Origin: Thermoanaerobaculia bacterium | GTDB taxonomy: Bacteria > Acidobacteriota > Thermoanaerobaculia > Gp7-AA8 | Reading direction: 5' to 3' | DNA length: 64,000 nt | Assembly (NCBI GenBank): GCA_963719365.1 | Contig: OY970380.1 | Coordinates: 590,903-654,902, forward strand | In this document: positions 9,925 through 17,490 of the stretch, piece by piece | How the letters are laid out: every line of letters starts with the position of its first letter | Position numbering within the stretch: position 1 is the first letter of the stretch | Program-made: the position numbers and the translations under genes | Notes under the pieces: generated by a model | Database searches by the model: none | What the model saw: the letters and a program-made list of their open reading frames with translations, nothing else | What the model was told of the DNA's origin: nothing

Positions 9925-10034
9925 ACCTTCCGCGAAAATGCAGATTAGCGTTCGACGCTGGACGATTTCATACAGAGTACTTCTTATGATAAAGTACTCG
10001 GCATGTCAGCAGCGCGCCTACCGATCCCGCTCGA

Positions 10035-11033
10035 TCACGAAGTCGAGCGCCATTTCCAGCGCTTCACGCGCGGGGAGCCGGCGAACGGCTCGAGCGCGGC
10101 ACGGGCGCGGTTCGCGTAGTCGCGGGCGATGGCGCGCGTTTCGTCGAGCGTCTCGTACTTGCGCACCAGCGCCAGCATCTCGGCAGGATCGATCCCTTCG
10201 AACGACTTCATCGCGGCGATGAGAGCGATCTTCTCGCGCTCGGCTGGGGTGGCCCGAGGCATCGCCAGGATCAGGGGGAGGGTGAGCTTGCCTTCCTTGA
10301 GATCGGAGAGCGCGGGCTTGCCAAGGACTTCCGTGCTCGAGGTGAAATCGAGGATGTCGTCGATGAGCTGGAAACAGATGCCGAGGTTGACGCCGTACGA
10401 AAAGAGCGACTGGCCGATCGCTTCCGGCTGATCGACGAGATACGCAGGAATGCGGCAGCAGGCGCCGAACAGCAGCGCCGTCTTTCGCTCCACGATCGTG
10501 AAGTAATCGTCGACAGAAACATCCGCGCGTCCGTTGTGCTCGAGCGCCAGGATTTCTCCCTCGATCATTTTGATCGTCGTCGTCGAGAGAAGCCGCAGGA
10601 TATCGAGATTGCCATCGACCAGCGCCATCGACATCGAATGCATGAAGATGTAGTCGCCAACCAGGACCGTGAGGTTGTTGCCCCATCGATAGTTGATCGA
10701 AGTCCGCCCGCGCCGCACCTCGGCCTCGTCGATGATGTCGTCGTGAACGAGCGTGGCGTTATGAATGAATTCGACTACCGCGCCATACGTGACATCGCGG
10801 AGGCCTTCGTACCGCAGCATTTTCGCGACTAGCAGGAGAAGCGCGGGACGTAAGCGCTTGCCGCCGCCGGCGAGAATGTGCTCGCCAACGTCGTGAAGGG
10901 TCTTGATGCCCGACTCGAAGTTGCGCTTCAACTCGAGCTCGACGAGCTGGAGCTTCGGCGCGACGAGATCGAGGAGCCGGTCAGCGGGCGAGAACTGATC
11001 GACCGGCGCGCTGGTGATGGGAGGCGACGTCAC
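10035..11033 (-). CDS. ispB: Polyprenyl diphosphate synthase (octaprenyl/solanesyl-type)
   Basis: Two aspartate-rich motifs: LVHDDIIDEAEVRRGR and GICFQLIDDILDF. 332 aa. Confidence 0.85.
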   Translation of the reverse strand: MTSPPITSAPVDQFSPADRLLDLVAPKLQLVELELKRNFESGIKTLHDVGEHILAGGGKRLRPALLLLVAKMLRYEGLRDVTYGAVVEFIHNATLVHDDIIDEAEVRRGRTSINYRWGNNLTVLVGDYIFMHSMSMALVDGNLDILRLLSTTTIKMIEGEILALEHNGRADVSVDDYFTIVERKTALLFGACCRIPAYLVDQPEAIGQSLFSYGVNLGICFQLIDDILDFTSSTEVLGKPALSDLKEGKLTLPLILAMPRATPAEREKIALIAAMKSFEGIDPAEMLALVRKYETLDETRAIARDYANRARAALEPFAGSPRVKRWKWRSTS

Positions 11034-11066
11034 GGGGGACAGAATAAACGAATTGGTCAGGAAGCC

Positions 11067-11561
11067 TCAACCGCGATAGTTGGTGAACTGCAGCGGGATT
11101 CCGAAATCCTTTCCCTTCACGAGGGCGATGGCTTTCTGCAGATCATCTTTCGTGCGCCCGGTGACGCGGACCTGATCGCTCTGAATCGAAGCCTGAACCT
11201 TGATCTTGGCCTCTTTGATCGCTTTCACGATCGCCTTCGCTTTCTCGATCTCGATCCCCTGAACGATCTTCGCGCGCTGCCGCACGGTGCCGCCCATTGC
11301 TTGCTCGAGCACGCCGTAATCCATTGCTTTGAGCGCCACGCCGCGCTTCACCAGTTTCGATTCGAGGATGTCCTTGACGCTGCGCAGCTTTCCCTCGTCG
11401 TCGCTGGCGAGCACGATCTCTTCGGCGGCAAGCTCGATCGAGCTCTTGCTCCCTTTGAAATCGAATCGCTGGGCCAGCTCTTTCTGCGCCTGCTGCACCG
11501 CGTTCGACACTTCCTGCATTTCAGTTTTGGAAACGACATCGAATGAGAATTCCTGAGCCAC
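11067..11561 (-). CDS. yajQ: YajQ family nucleotide-binding protein (UPF0234)
   Basis: 164 aa. The full-length match MAQEFSFDVVSKTEMQEV...QFTNYRG is characteristic of YajQ. Confidence 0.85.
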   Translation of the reverse strand: MAQEFSFDVVSKTEMQEVSNAVQQAQKELAQRFDFKGSKSSIELAAEEIVLASDDEGKLRSVKDILESKLVKRGVALKAMDYGVLEQAMGGTVRQRAKIVQGIEIEKAKAIVKAIKEAKIKVQASIQSDQVRVTGRTKDDLQKAIALVKGKDFGIPLQFTNYRG

Positions 11562-11590
11562 GGGGCCTCCTGGTGGGGGAGTGACACAAC

Positions 11591-12193
11591 TTACTGTTCC
11601 ACCACTGCCACACCTGCCGGCGGCGTGAAGTGGAAAAAATCGGGCGCTGCGCTTCGTTTCGTGAAGCCGGAAAAATCGAACGTGGTTTCATTGCCTTCGC
11701 GATCCGAGTAGGCCACGCGCTCGATCGTGTGCGTTGCCGCGGCGATCGTGATCGTGACGTTGCGGATCATCGCAGACGGAGTGCGTGGCTGGAGCGTGGC
11801 GATGACGGAAGCTCCACGCGTCGTCTCGTGAACGACGAAGTTGCGGTTGCGCGCGGAAGGGTCGCCGATCACGAGAAATGGCAGCTCGCCGCGCTGCTTC
11901 TCATCAAGCGTGGTCATGGTCACCTGCTTCTCGGAGGCGATGTAAAGCCATGAGCGATTGCCATCGAACACAAAGACCTTCTGCTCCGGGTGAAGGTAGC
12001 TCCAACGCATCATCGGCAACTGTCCGAAAACGACCGTCCCACTCTCGACCTGTCCGTTCTTGAATCCTTTCGGCGTGAAGCGCTGACTGAACTGCGCTTC
12101 GGTGCCCGGCAATGAAGCCGCCGCGCGGTCGAGCTCGGCCGCGGACGCAGCAACGGTGATTGCGAGTGTGAAGAGAAGAGTTGCGATTTTCAT
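11591..12193 (-). CDS. LolA-like outer-membrane lipoprotein carrier family protein
   Basis: Signal peptide MKIATLLFTLAITVAASAA. LolA-like motifs (FSQRF...GQVESGTVVF...RWSYLHPEQKVFVFDGNRSWLY). Start at the internal Met at 12193. Confidence 0.6.
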   Translation of the reverse strand: MKIATLLFTLAITVAASAAELDRAAASLPGTEAQFSQRFTPKGFKNGQVESGTVVFGQLPMMRWSYLHPEQKVFVFDGNRSWLYIASEKQVTMTTLDEKQRGELPFLVIGDPSARNRNFVVHETTRGASVIATLQPRTPSAMIRNVTITIAAATHTIERVAYSDREGNETTFDFSGFTKRSAAPDFFHFTPPAGVAVVEQ

Positions 12194-12292
12194 GGTTGAG
12201 TGGGTAGTTGCTAAGTTGCTTGGTTGCTGGGTTGCTCGGGTCATTCAGTTCACCTTGCAACTCAGCAACCAAGCAACTCCAGCAACCGCGAA

Positions 12293-12652
12293 TCACAGCT
12301 TCTCGACTTCGATCGAAACGATTGCGGCGTTGACGACGAAGATGCGGTCGTTCTTGCTCCGATCGAGCGGGAAAAGGAAGAAGCCGTTGCGCTCGGGATT
12401 GTATTGAGCGACTCCACGAATGGTTTCACCGTCCGCAAATTCGACTGCGATCGTGCTGCCGGCCGGTTCTTCCACCTCGGACGTCGTGCGCGGAAAGAAG
12501 ATCGCCTTCAAGGCCGAAAACGGCACGTCTTCCGCGGCGCCGCCCTCGCGAGTGACGCGAACGATTTGCGAATCGATATCGGTCTCGACGAGCGAAACGC
12601 GCTCCGTCCGGCCGTCGCGATAACGCAGTACCACTGTGATCGAAGAATCCAT
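12293..12652 (-). CDS. Hypothetical protein (119 aa), translationally coupled to kdsD
   Basis: Its ATG overlaps the kdsD stop codon (TGATG). No recognisable domain. Lies between kdsD and the lolA-like gene. Confidence 0.5.
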   Translation of the reverse strand: MDSSITVVLRYRDGRTERVSLVETDIDSQIVRVTREGGAAEDVPFSALKAIFFPRTTSEVEEPAGSTIAVEFADGETIRGVAQYNPERNGFFLFPLDRSKNDRIFVVNAAIVSIEVEKL

Positions 12653-13656
12653 CAGAAGAGCTCCAGACCCCAGAGGTCGTGGAGGTGAATGATACCTTCG
12701 ACGCGGCCCGATGCATCGGCAATGAAGATCGATGTAATCTTCCGTTGTTCCATCATCTCCAGCGCCGCCAACGCGAGCTCCTTCCCATCGATCGTCACCG
12801 GATCCGGCTTCATGCAGTCCGCCGCGGTCTTCTTCAGCACATCGGTGTCGCGCTGGAGCAGGCGCCGAAGATCGCCATCCGAGATCGCGCCGGCGAGAAC
12901 GCCTTGATCGTCGACGACCGCCGTGATGCCGAAGCCCTTGTCAGACATCTCGTAGATGACGTCGTGCATCGGCGTGTTCAGCGGAACTGACGGCACCGAC
13001 TTGCCCGCGTGCATCAGATCGCTGACGCGCAGGAAGCGTTTGCCGAGTTTGCCGCCGGGATGCAGGAAAGCGAAATCCTCTTCCTTGAATCCCTTGCGCA
13101 GCAGAAGCGCCATTGCCAGCGCGTCGCCGAGGGCGAGCGTGGCCGTGGTCGATGCAGTGGGCGCAAGGCCGAGCGGACACGCTTCCTTTGATATTGCCGC
13201 GGAGAGATGAAAGTCGGCGGCGCGCGCCAGCGACGATTGCGGATTTCCGGTGATGGCAACGATCTCCGCTCCGATTCGCTTGATGCTCGGAAGCAGCCGC
13301 ACCAACTCCTCGGTCTCGCCCGAGTTCGAGATCGCGAGGACGACGTCGCCCCTCACGATCATGCCGAGGTCACCGTGAATTGCCTCGGCTGGATGAAGAA
13401 AAAACGAAGGCGTTCCGGTCGAAGCCAGCGTCGCGCTGATCTTTTTGCAGATGATGCCCGACTTGCCAAGCCCCATCGACACGACGCGGCCGCCGGTGGC
13501 GTTGATGGTCTCGACGACGTCGACGAACGTGTTGTCGAGGTGGTCGATGAGCCCGAGAATCGCCGCGGATTCGACCTCCAGCACGCGCCGCGCCTCAGCG
13601 AGCGCAGGGTGCAAATTGGTATCGGAGATCGCGGTGGACGTCCGCGGCTTAGGCAT
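12652..13656 (-). CDS. kdsD: Arabinose-5-phosphate isomerase (SIS + tandem CBS domains)
   Basis: SIS motif GRVVSMGLGKSGIICKKISATLASTGTPSFFLHPAEAIHGDLGM. C-terminal CBS pair. 334 aa. Confidence 0.85.
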   Translation of the reverse strand: MPKPRTSTAISDTNLHPALAEARRVLEVESAAILGLIDHLDNTFVDVVETINATGGRVVSMGLGKSGIICKKISATLASTGTPSFFLHPAEAIHGDLGMIVRGDVVLAISNSGETEELVRLLPSIKRIGAEIVAITGNPQSSLARAADFHLSAAISKEACPLGLAPTASTTATLALGDALAMALLLRKGFKEEDFAFLHPGGKLGKRFLRVSDLMHAGKSVPSVPLNTPMHDVIYEMSDKGFGITAVVDDQGVLAGAISDGDLRRLLQRDTDVLKKTAADCMKPDPVTIDGKELALAALEMMEQRKITSIFIADASGRVEGIIHLHDLWGLELF

Positions 13657-13701
13657 GCGCGGAGATGGTATGCGACGCGACGCGCGGTGTCACCTCGGCG
13701 T

Positions 13702-14628
13702 TTACGTCCTCGACGCCAACTCCTGCGGCAGCAGTAGTGCGAGCAGCGTTTCGCACACTGGCGTCGCGACTCCTGCGGCGAGGCCGAGGCGGACGACGGC
13801 GCCGAGTTGGGCATCGAGCTCGGAGCGGCGGCCTTCCATCAGGTCGCGTTGCAGGGATGAGGTTGCGTCCGGCGGGAGACCGTCGAAACGGGCCAGCGTT
13901 CGATCGACCGCGGTTTCGCCGCCGAGGTCGACGCCGTGGGCGAGGGCGACACTGACAATCTCGCGGATGGCGGTGGCGGCAAGTGCGCGCGTTTCAAGCA
14001 TCGAACGCCACACGCCGACCGGCACTCGCGTCGCCGCGCCGATCCCGCTCATCGGCGCGATGAAAACGAACTTCGACCAGAGCGCGTGGTGAATGTCCGG
14101 CGGAATGTCGGCCTGCACGCCGGCGCGGAGACAGGCTTCGCGAAGACGCTCGGCGCGTTTGCTGACGTGGTTATCGAGCTCGCCGAACATCACGAACGGC
14201 TCCGCGCCGATGTGGCGGATGTGGCCCGGCGCGGCGATGAAACTGACGATGCCGCACAAGCCGCCGAGGACGTGCTCGCGGCCGACGACGTTGGCGATTT
14301 GATCGGACGCGTCGATGCCGTTCTCGAGCGGAACGACGATCGTGTCGTCGCCGATCATCGGCCGTATCAACTCTGCCGCCGCGGGCACCTGCCAGGTCTT
14401 GACGGTGACGAAGATCGCATCAACCGGACCGACAGTCGCGGGATCGTCTGTAGCGTTCGGATGTTCGATGACGAAGTCGCCTCTGATGCTATCGACGCGC
14501 AGTCCCGTTGTCCGCAACGCCGCGAGCGTCGCTCCTCGGGCGATGAAAACCACATCCTCGCCGCCGTGCGCGAGTTTGCCTCCGAAGTAGCCGCCCACAC
14601 CGCCGGCGCCAATGATCGCGATTCGCAT
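13702..14628 (-). CDS. panE: 2-dehydropantoate 2-reductase (ketopantoate reductase)
   Basis: Rossmann N-terminus MRIAIIGAGGVGGYFGG. ApbA/PanE-like body. Start at the internal Met at 14628; the 5-prime ORF extension is non-homologous. Confidence 0.8.
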   Translation of the reverse strand: MRIAIIGAGGVGGYFGGKLAHGGEDVVFIARGATLAALRTTGLRVDSIRGDFVIEHPNATDDPATVGPVDAIFVTVKTWQVPAAAELIRPMIGDDTIVVPLENGIDASDQIANVVGREHVLGGLCGIVSFIAAPGHIRHIGAEPFVMFGELDNHVSKRAERLREACLRAGVQADIPPDIHHALWSKFVFIAPMSGIGAATRVPVGVWRSMLETRALAATAIREIVSVALAHGVDLGGETAVDRTLARFDGLPPDATSSLQRDLMEGRRSELDAQLGAVVRLGLAAGVATPVCETLLALLLPQELASRT

Positions 14629-14630
14629 GA

Positions 14631-14927
14631 TCAGACCAGCTTGAAAATCTCGCGGTGGCCGCCTTCGACGAGATCCATGTAGCCGGCCATCGCTTCGCGA
14701 ACGTCCTCGCGCTTGGAGTAGTCGGCCATGTGGTTCTCGAAGTCGGCGAGCGAGGCAAATTCGGCCTCGAGCACGACCGTCCAGTAATTGGCGACGGCAT
14801 CGACCATGACGCGGCAATTGCTGAAGCGATCTTCGCTTTCCATCGACGGAATGGTGCGCTTGAACTTGGCGGCAAGCTCGCCGGCTTTCCCCGGTTTACA
14901 TCGAAAAACATCGCGAACGAGATACAT
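14631..14927 (-). CDS. Small ferredoxin-fold (Dabb/ABM-like) protein, hypothetical
   Basis: 98 aa (MYLVRDVFRCKPGKAGELAAKFK...). Weak resemblance to stress-responsive dimeric alpha+beta barrel proteins. Confidence 0.4.
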   Translation of the reverse strand: MYLVRDVFRCKPGKAGELAAKFKRTIPSMESEDRFSNCRVMVDAVANYWTVVLEAEFASLADFENHMADYSKREDVREAMAGYMDLVEGGHREIFKLV

Positions 14928-15068
14928 GGTTTTGCCTCCAGCCGCGGGCCGTGCGCATTCTATGTTTTCGTGTAAAATCCCGCACCTTCGCGGGGACGCG
15001 TGCGGCCTTCGCGGCGCATTTCTTGCGTCGATACAGCATCAAAATCTGATCCGTCGAGAGGACGACTC

Positions 15069-16616
15069 ATGACCGATATCCTGACGCTTCCCGTAGAGCC
15101 GAAGTCTGTGGTGTCGAATCCGTCGCCCGATGAGCTGCGGCGCTACACGGAAGAGATGCCGAACTGCCGCAAGACCGAGTTCGGCAACGTGAATGTGGCC
15201 ACGCGCGTGGTGTCGCGATCGAAGGGCTCGACGTTCGTCGCCACCGACACGCCGGAGAATCATTCCGATCAGACGATCAGCCTCGCGGAGTACGAGCGCA
15301 TCGCGAAGATCCAGAACGACTACATCCGAACGCGCGAGATGCTGGTGATCGATGGGTTCATCGGCAACGATCCGCAGTTTCGCGTGCCGGCGCGGCTGAT
15401 CATCGAGAAGGCCAACGCGAACATCGCCGCGATGCAGCAACATCTCTACTATCCCGCCACGCCGGCGGAGCTCGATAGCTTCGAGCCTGCCGTCACGGTG
15501 ATCTACACGCCGAATCTGAAGGCCGAGGGGTATCCGGAAGAGCGGCTCATCGCGGTCGACCTCGATCACTACATCACCCGCGTCTTCAACTCCGACTACT
15601 TCGGCGAGTCGAAGAAGGGCGGGCTGCGGATGTGGAACAAGATCGTCTACGAGCGCGGCGGACTGGCGCTTCACGCGGGGTGCAAAGTCATTCCGGTCGA
15701 TGGCGAGAACAAAGTCGCGCTCATCGTCGGATTGTCGGGCACTGGCAAGACGACCACGACGTTCACGAAGCAGAACAATTCGCAGCCGGTGCAGGATGAC
15801 TTCTGCGCGTTGATGCCGGGCGGCAAGGTTTACGCGACCGAAAACGGCTGCTTCGCGAAGACGTTCGGCCTCAATCCGAAAGACGAGCCGACGATCTTTC
15901 ATGCGTGTGCGTCTCCGCATGCGTACCTCGAGAATGTGTCGCAGAATGACAGTGGCAAGATCGATTACTTCGATACGTCGTACACGCCAAACGGCCGCGC
16001 GGTAATCCGCATGGGCGATGTTGCGGGCGCGTTCGACGCGCGCGAAGTGAACAAGGTCGATTTCCTGCTAATCCTCAATCGCAACGAGAACATCATTCCC
16101 GCGGTGGTCAAACTGGAAGGTCCGCTGGCCGCTGCGTACTTCATGCTCGGCGAGACGAAGGGGACGAGTGCGGGTGGCGCCGCCGAGGCGGGAAAATCGC
16201 TGCGTGTTCCGGGAACGAATCCATTTTTTCCGCTGCTGCACGCGTTCCAGGGCAACCGGATGATGGAACTGATGAACGAGAGTCCGATGGACGTCTATCT
16301 CATGAACACCGGTCGCATCGGCGGCGACGAGAAAGACGAGCGCTCGAAGAAGGTGAAGATTCAGCACTCATCGGCGGTCGTGAAAGCGATCGCCGAGGGA
16401 ACGATCACGTGGCAGAAGGACCCGGATTTCGGGTACCTCGTTGCCTCGGAAGTGCCGGGCATCGACGATGCCGATTACCTTCAGCCGAAGTCGATGTACG
16501 AACGGCAGGGGAGGCTCGATGAGTACAACCAGCTCGTCGAAAAGTACAACACGGACCGGCGAGCGTATCTGCGTAAGTGGAAGGGTTTGAACGAAGAGAT
16601 CGTGAACGCGATTTAG
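15069..16616 (+). CDS. pckA: Phosphoenolpyruvate carboxykinase (ATP)
   Basis: Kinase-1a motif GLSGTGKTTTTF. PEPCK-ATP body. Start at MTDILTL at 15069. Confidence 0.9.
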   Translation: MTDILTLPVEPKSVVSNPSPDELRRYTEEMPNCRKTEFGNVNVATRVVSRSKGSTFVATDTPENHSDQTISLAEYERIAKIQNDYIRTREMLVIDGFIGNDPQFRVPARLIIEKANANIAAMQQHLYYPATPAELDSFEPAVTVIYTPNLKAEGYPEERLIAVDLDHYITRVFNSDYFGESKKGGLRMWNKIVYERGGLALHAGCKVIPVDGENKVALIVGLSGTGKTTTTFTKQNNSQPVQDDFCALMPGGKVYATENGCFAKTFGLNPKDEPTIFHACASPHAYLENVSQNDSGKIDYFDTSYTPNGRAVIRMGDVAGAFDAREVNKVDFLLILNRNENIIPAVVKLEGPLAAAYFMLGETKGTSAGGAAEAGKSLRVPGTNPFFPLLHAFQGNRMMELMNESPMDVYLMNTGRIGGDEKDERSKKVKIQHSSAVVKAIAEGTITWQKDPDFGYLVASEVPGIDDADYLQPKSMYERQGRLDEYNQLVEKYNTDRRAYLRKWKGLNEEIVNAI

Positions 16617-16620
16617 TGTT

Positions 16621-16737
16621 TTGGGAGTGGGGAGTTGGGCGTGGGGTGTGGGAGCGGAGGCAGTTTGCTTCCGACAACGGCCCCGGGCGCAATTCAACCC
16701 CACCCCCTACACCCAACTCCCCACCGCCCAACGCTCG
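16621..16737. repeat. G-rich/C-rich long inverted repeat immediately 3-prime of pckA (terminator-like)
   Basis: G-arm TTGGGAGTGGGGAGTTGGGCGTGGGGTGTGGGAGCG. C-arm CAACCCCACCCCCTACACCCAACTCCCCACCGCCC. The core GTGGGGAGTTGGG pairs with its complement. Confidence 0.6.
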
Positions 16738-16794
16738 ACAATCCCTCAAACCCACGGTACCCTGTGACCGTTCTGGCCCATCGGAGGACGTGGG

Positions 16795-17355
16795 ATGCGA
16801 CTCGGGGCGCTTGTTCCGGCAATGATCCTGGTCAGTGCGTTCGCGGCAACGTCGCGGGCGGATCACTCTCCGGCTGTCCAGTCGAATCCGCCCGCCACGA
16901 GTCCTGATCTCGAGCATCGCGCCAACGCCGGAAAGTTGCGCATCCGGGCACCGCGCGGATTGCGACGTTCGGTGTCCGATCTCGATTCGCGCGTCCTGGC
17001 TTCGCTGCTGGCGCTTCAGTCGCGCGGCGATTTCGATTTTGAAGTGCGCGCCGGCGACGCTTCCTGTGATGGTAAAACGTGCGCCGTGTCGCTGGCTGTG
17101 AAGCTGCCGGAAGCGCTGCCGCCGATGCGTCTGGCAATCGCGGTGGCCAACGCGAAGGGCGAGTTGTCCGAGGTGAAACACGCTGATTGCATGACCTCGA
17201 ACTGCACGGTCCACCTCGTGCTCGAGCGCGGCCGGAACACGATTTCCGTCGGCGCCACAGACGGTCTGCTTCAGACAACCGGTTTCGTGCTGACGACGGT
17301 CGTGGCCTCGCCGAACCTCGAAGCGAGCACGCGCGGACGCAGCGAGTGGTTCTGA
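16795..17355 (+). CDS. Hypothetical secreted protein
   Basis: 186 aa. Signal peptide MRLGALVPAMILVSAFAATSRA. No recognised domain. Confidence 0.5.
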   Translation: MRLGALVPAMILVSAFAATSRADHSPAVQSNPPATSPDLEHRANAGKLRIRAPRGLRRSVSDLDSRVLASLLALQSRGDFDFEVRAGDASCDGKTCAVSLAVKLPEALPPMRLAIAVANAKGELSEVKHADCMTSNCTVHLVLERGRNTISVGATDGLLQTTGFVLTTVVASPNLEASTRGRSEWF

Positions 17356-17358
17356 ACG

Positions 17359-17489
17359 AAGTGGTTAGTAGACAAGTGGATTAGTCGATTAGACGACCCA
17401 CCCGGCTAACAAGGCTATTCTGGCCATCCTGATCTCTGGTCTCTAATCCTTCTCTAATCCACTGATCACTAGTCCACTAATCCACTGCC
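17359..17489. repeat. Purine-arm/pyrimidine-arm inverted repeat (GATTAG/CTAATC tandem motif)
   Basis: AGTGGATTAGTCGATTAG at 17376-17393. Reverse-complementary CTAATCCACT copies at 17448-17486. Fills the gap between the convergent hypothetical gene and lptFG. Confidence 0.55.
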
Positions 17490-17490
17490 T

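Noticed and set aside
9583-9925. Repeated GCCGCTGACGCGGC units looked superficially like a small CRISPR array
   Set aside because: There are only four copies, arranged as two inverted pairs with irregular spacing. There are no direct repeats with uniform spacers, and no cas genes nearby. It is described instead as an inverted duplication of a structured unit.
9638-10222. 194-aa ORF spanning the TPR-ispB intergenic repeat region
   Set aside because: It is Arg/Ser-rich with no start context. It runs across the palindromic repeats and into the antisense strand of ispB.
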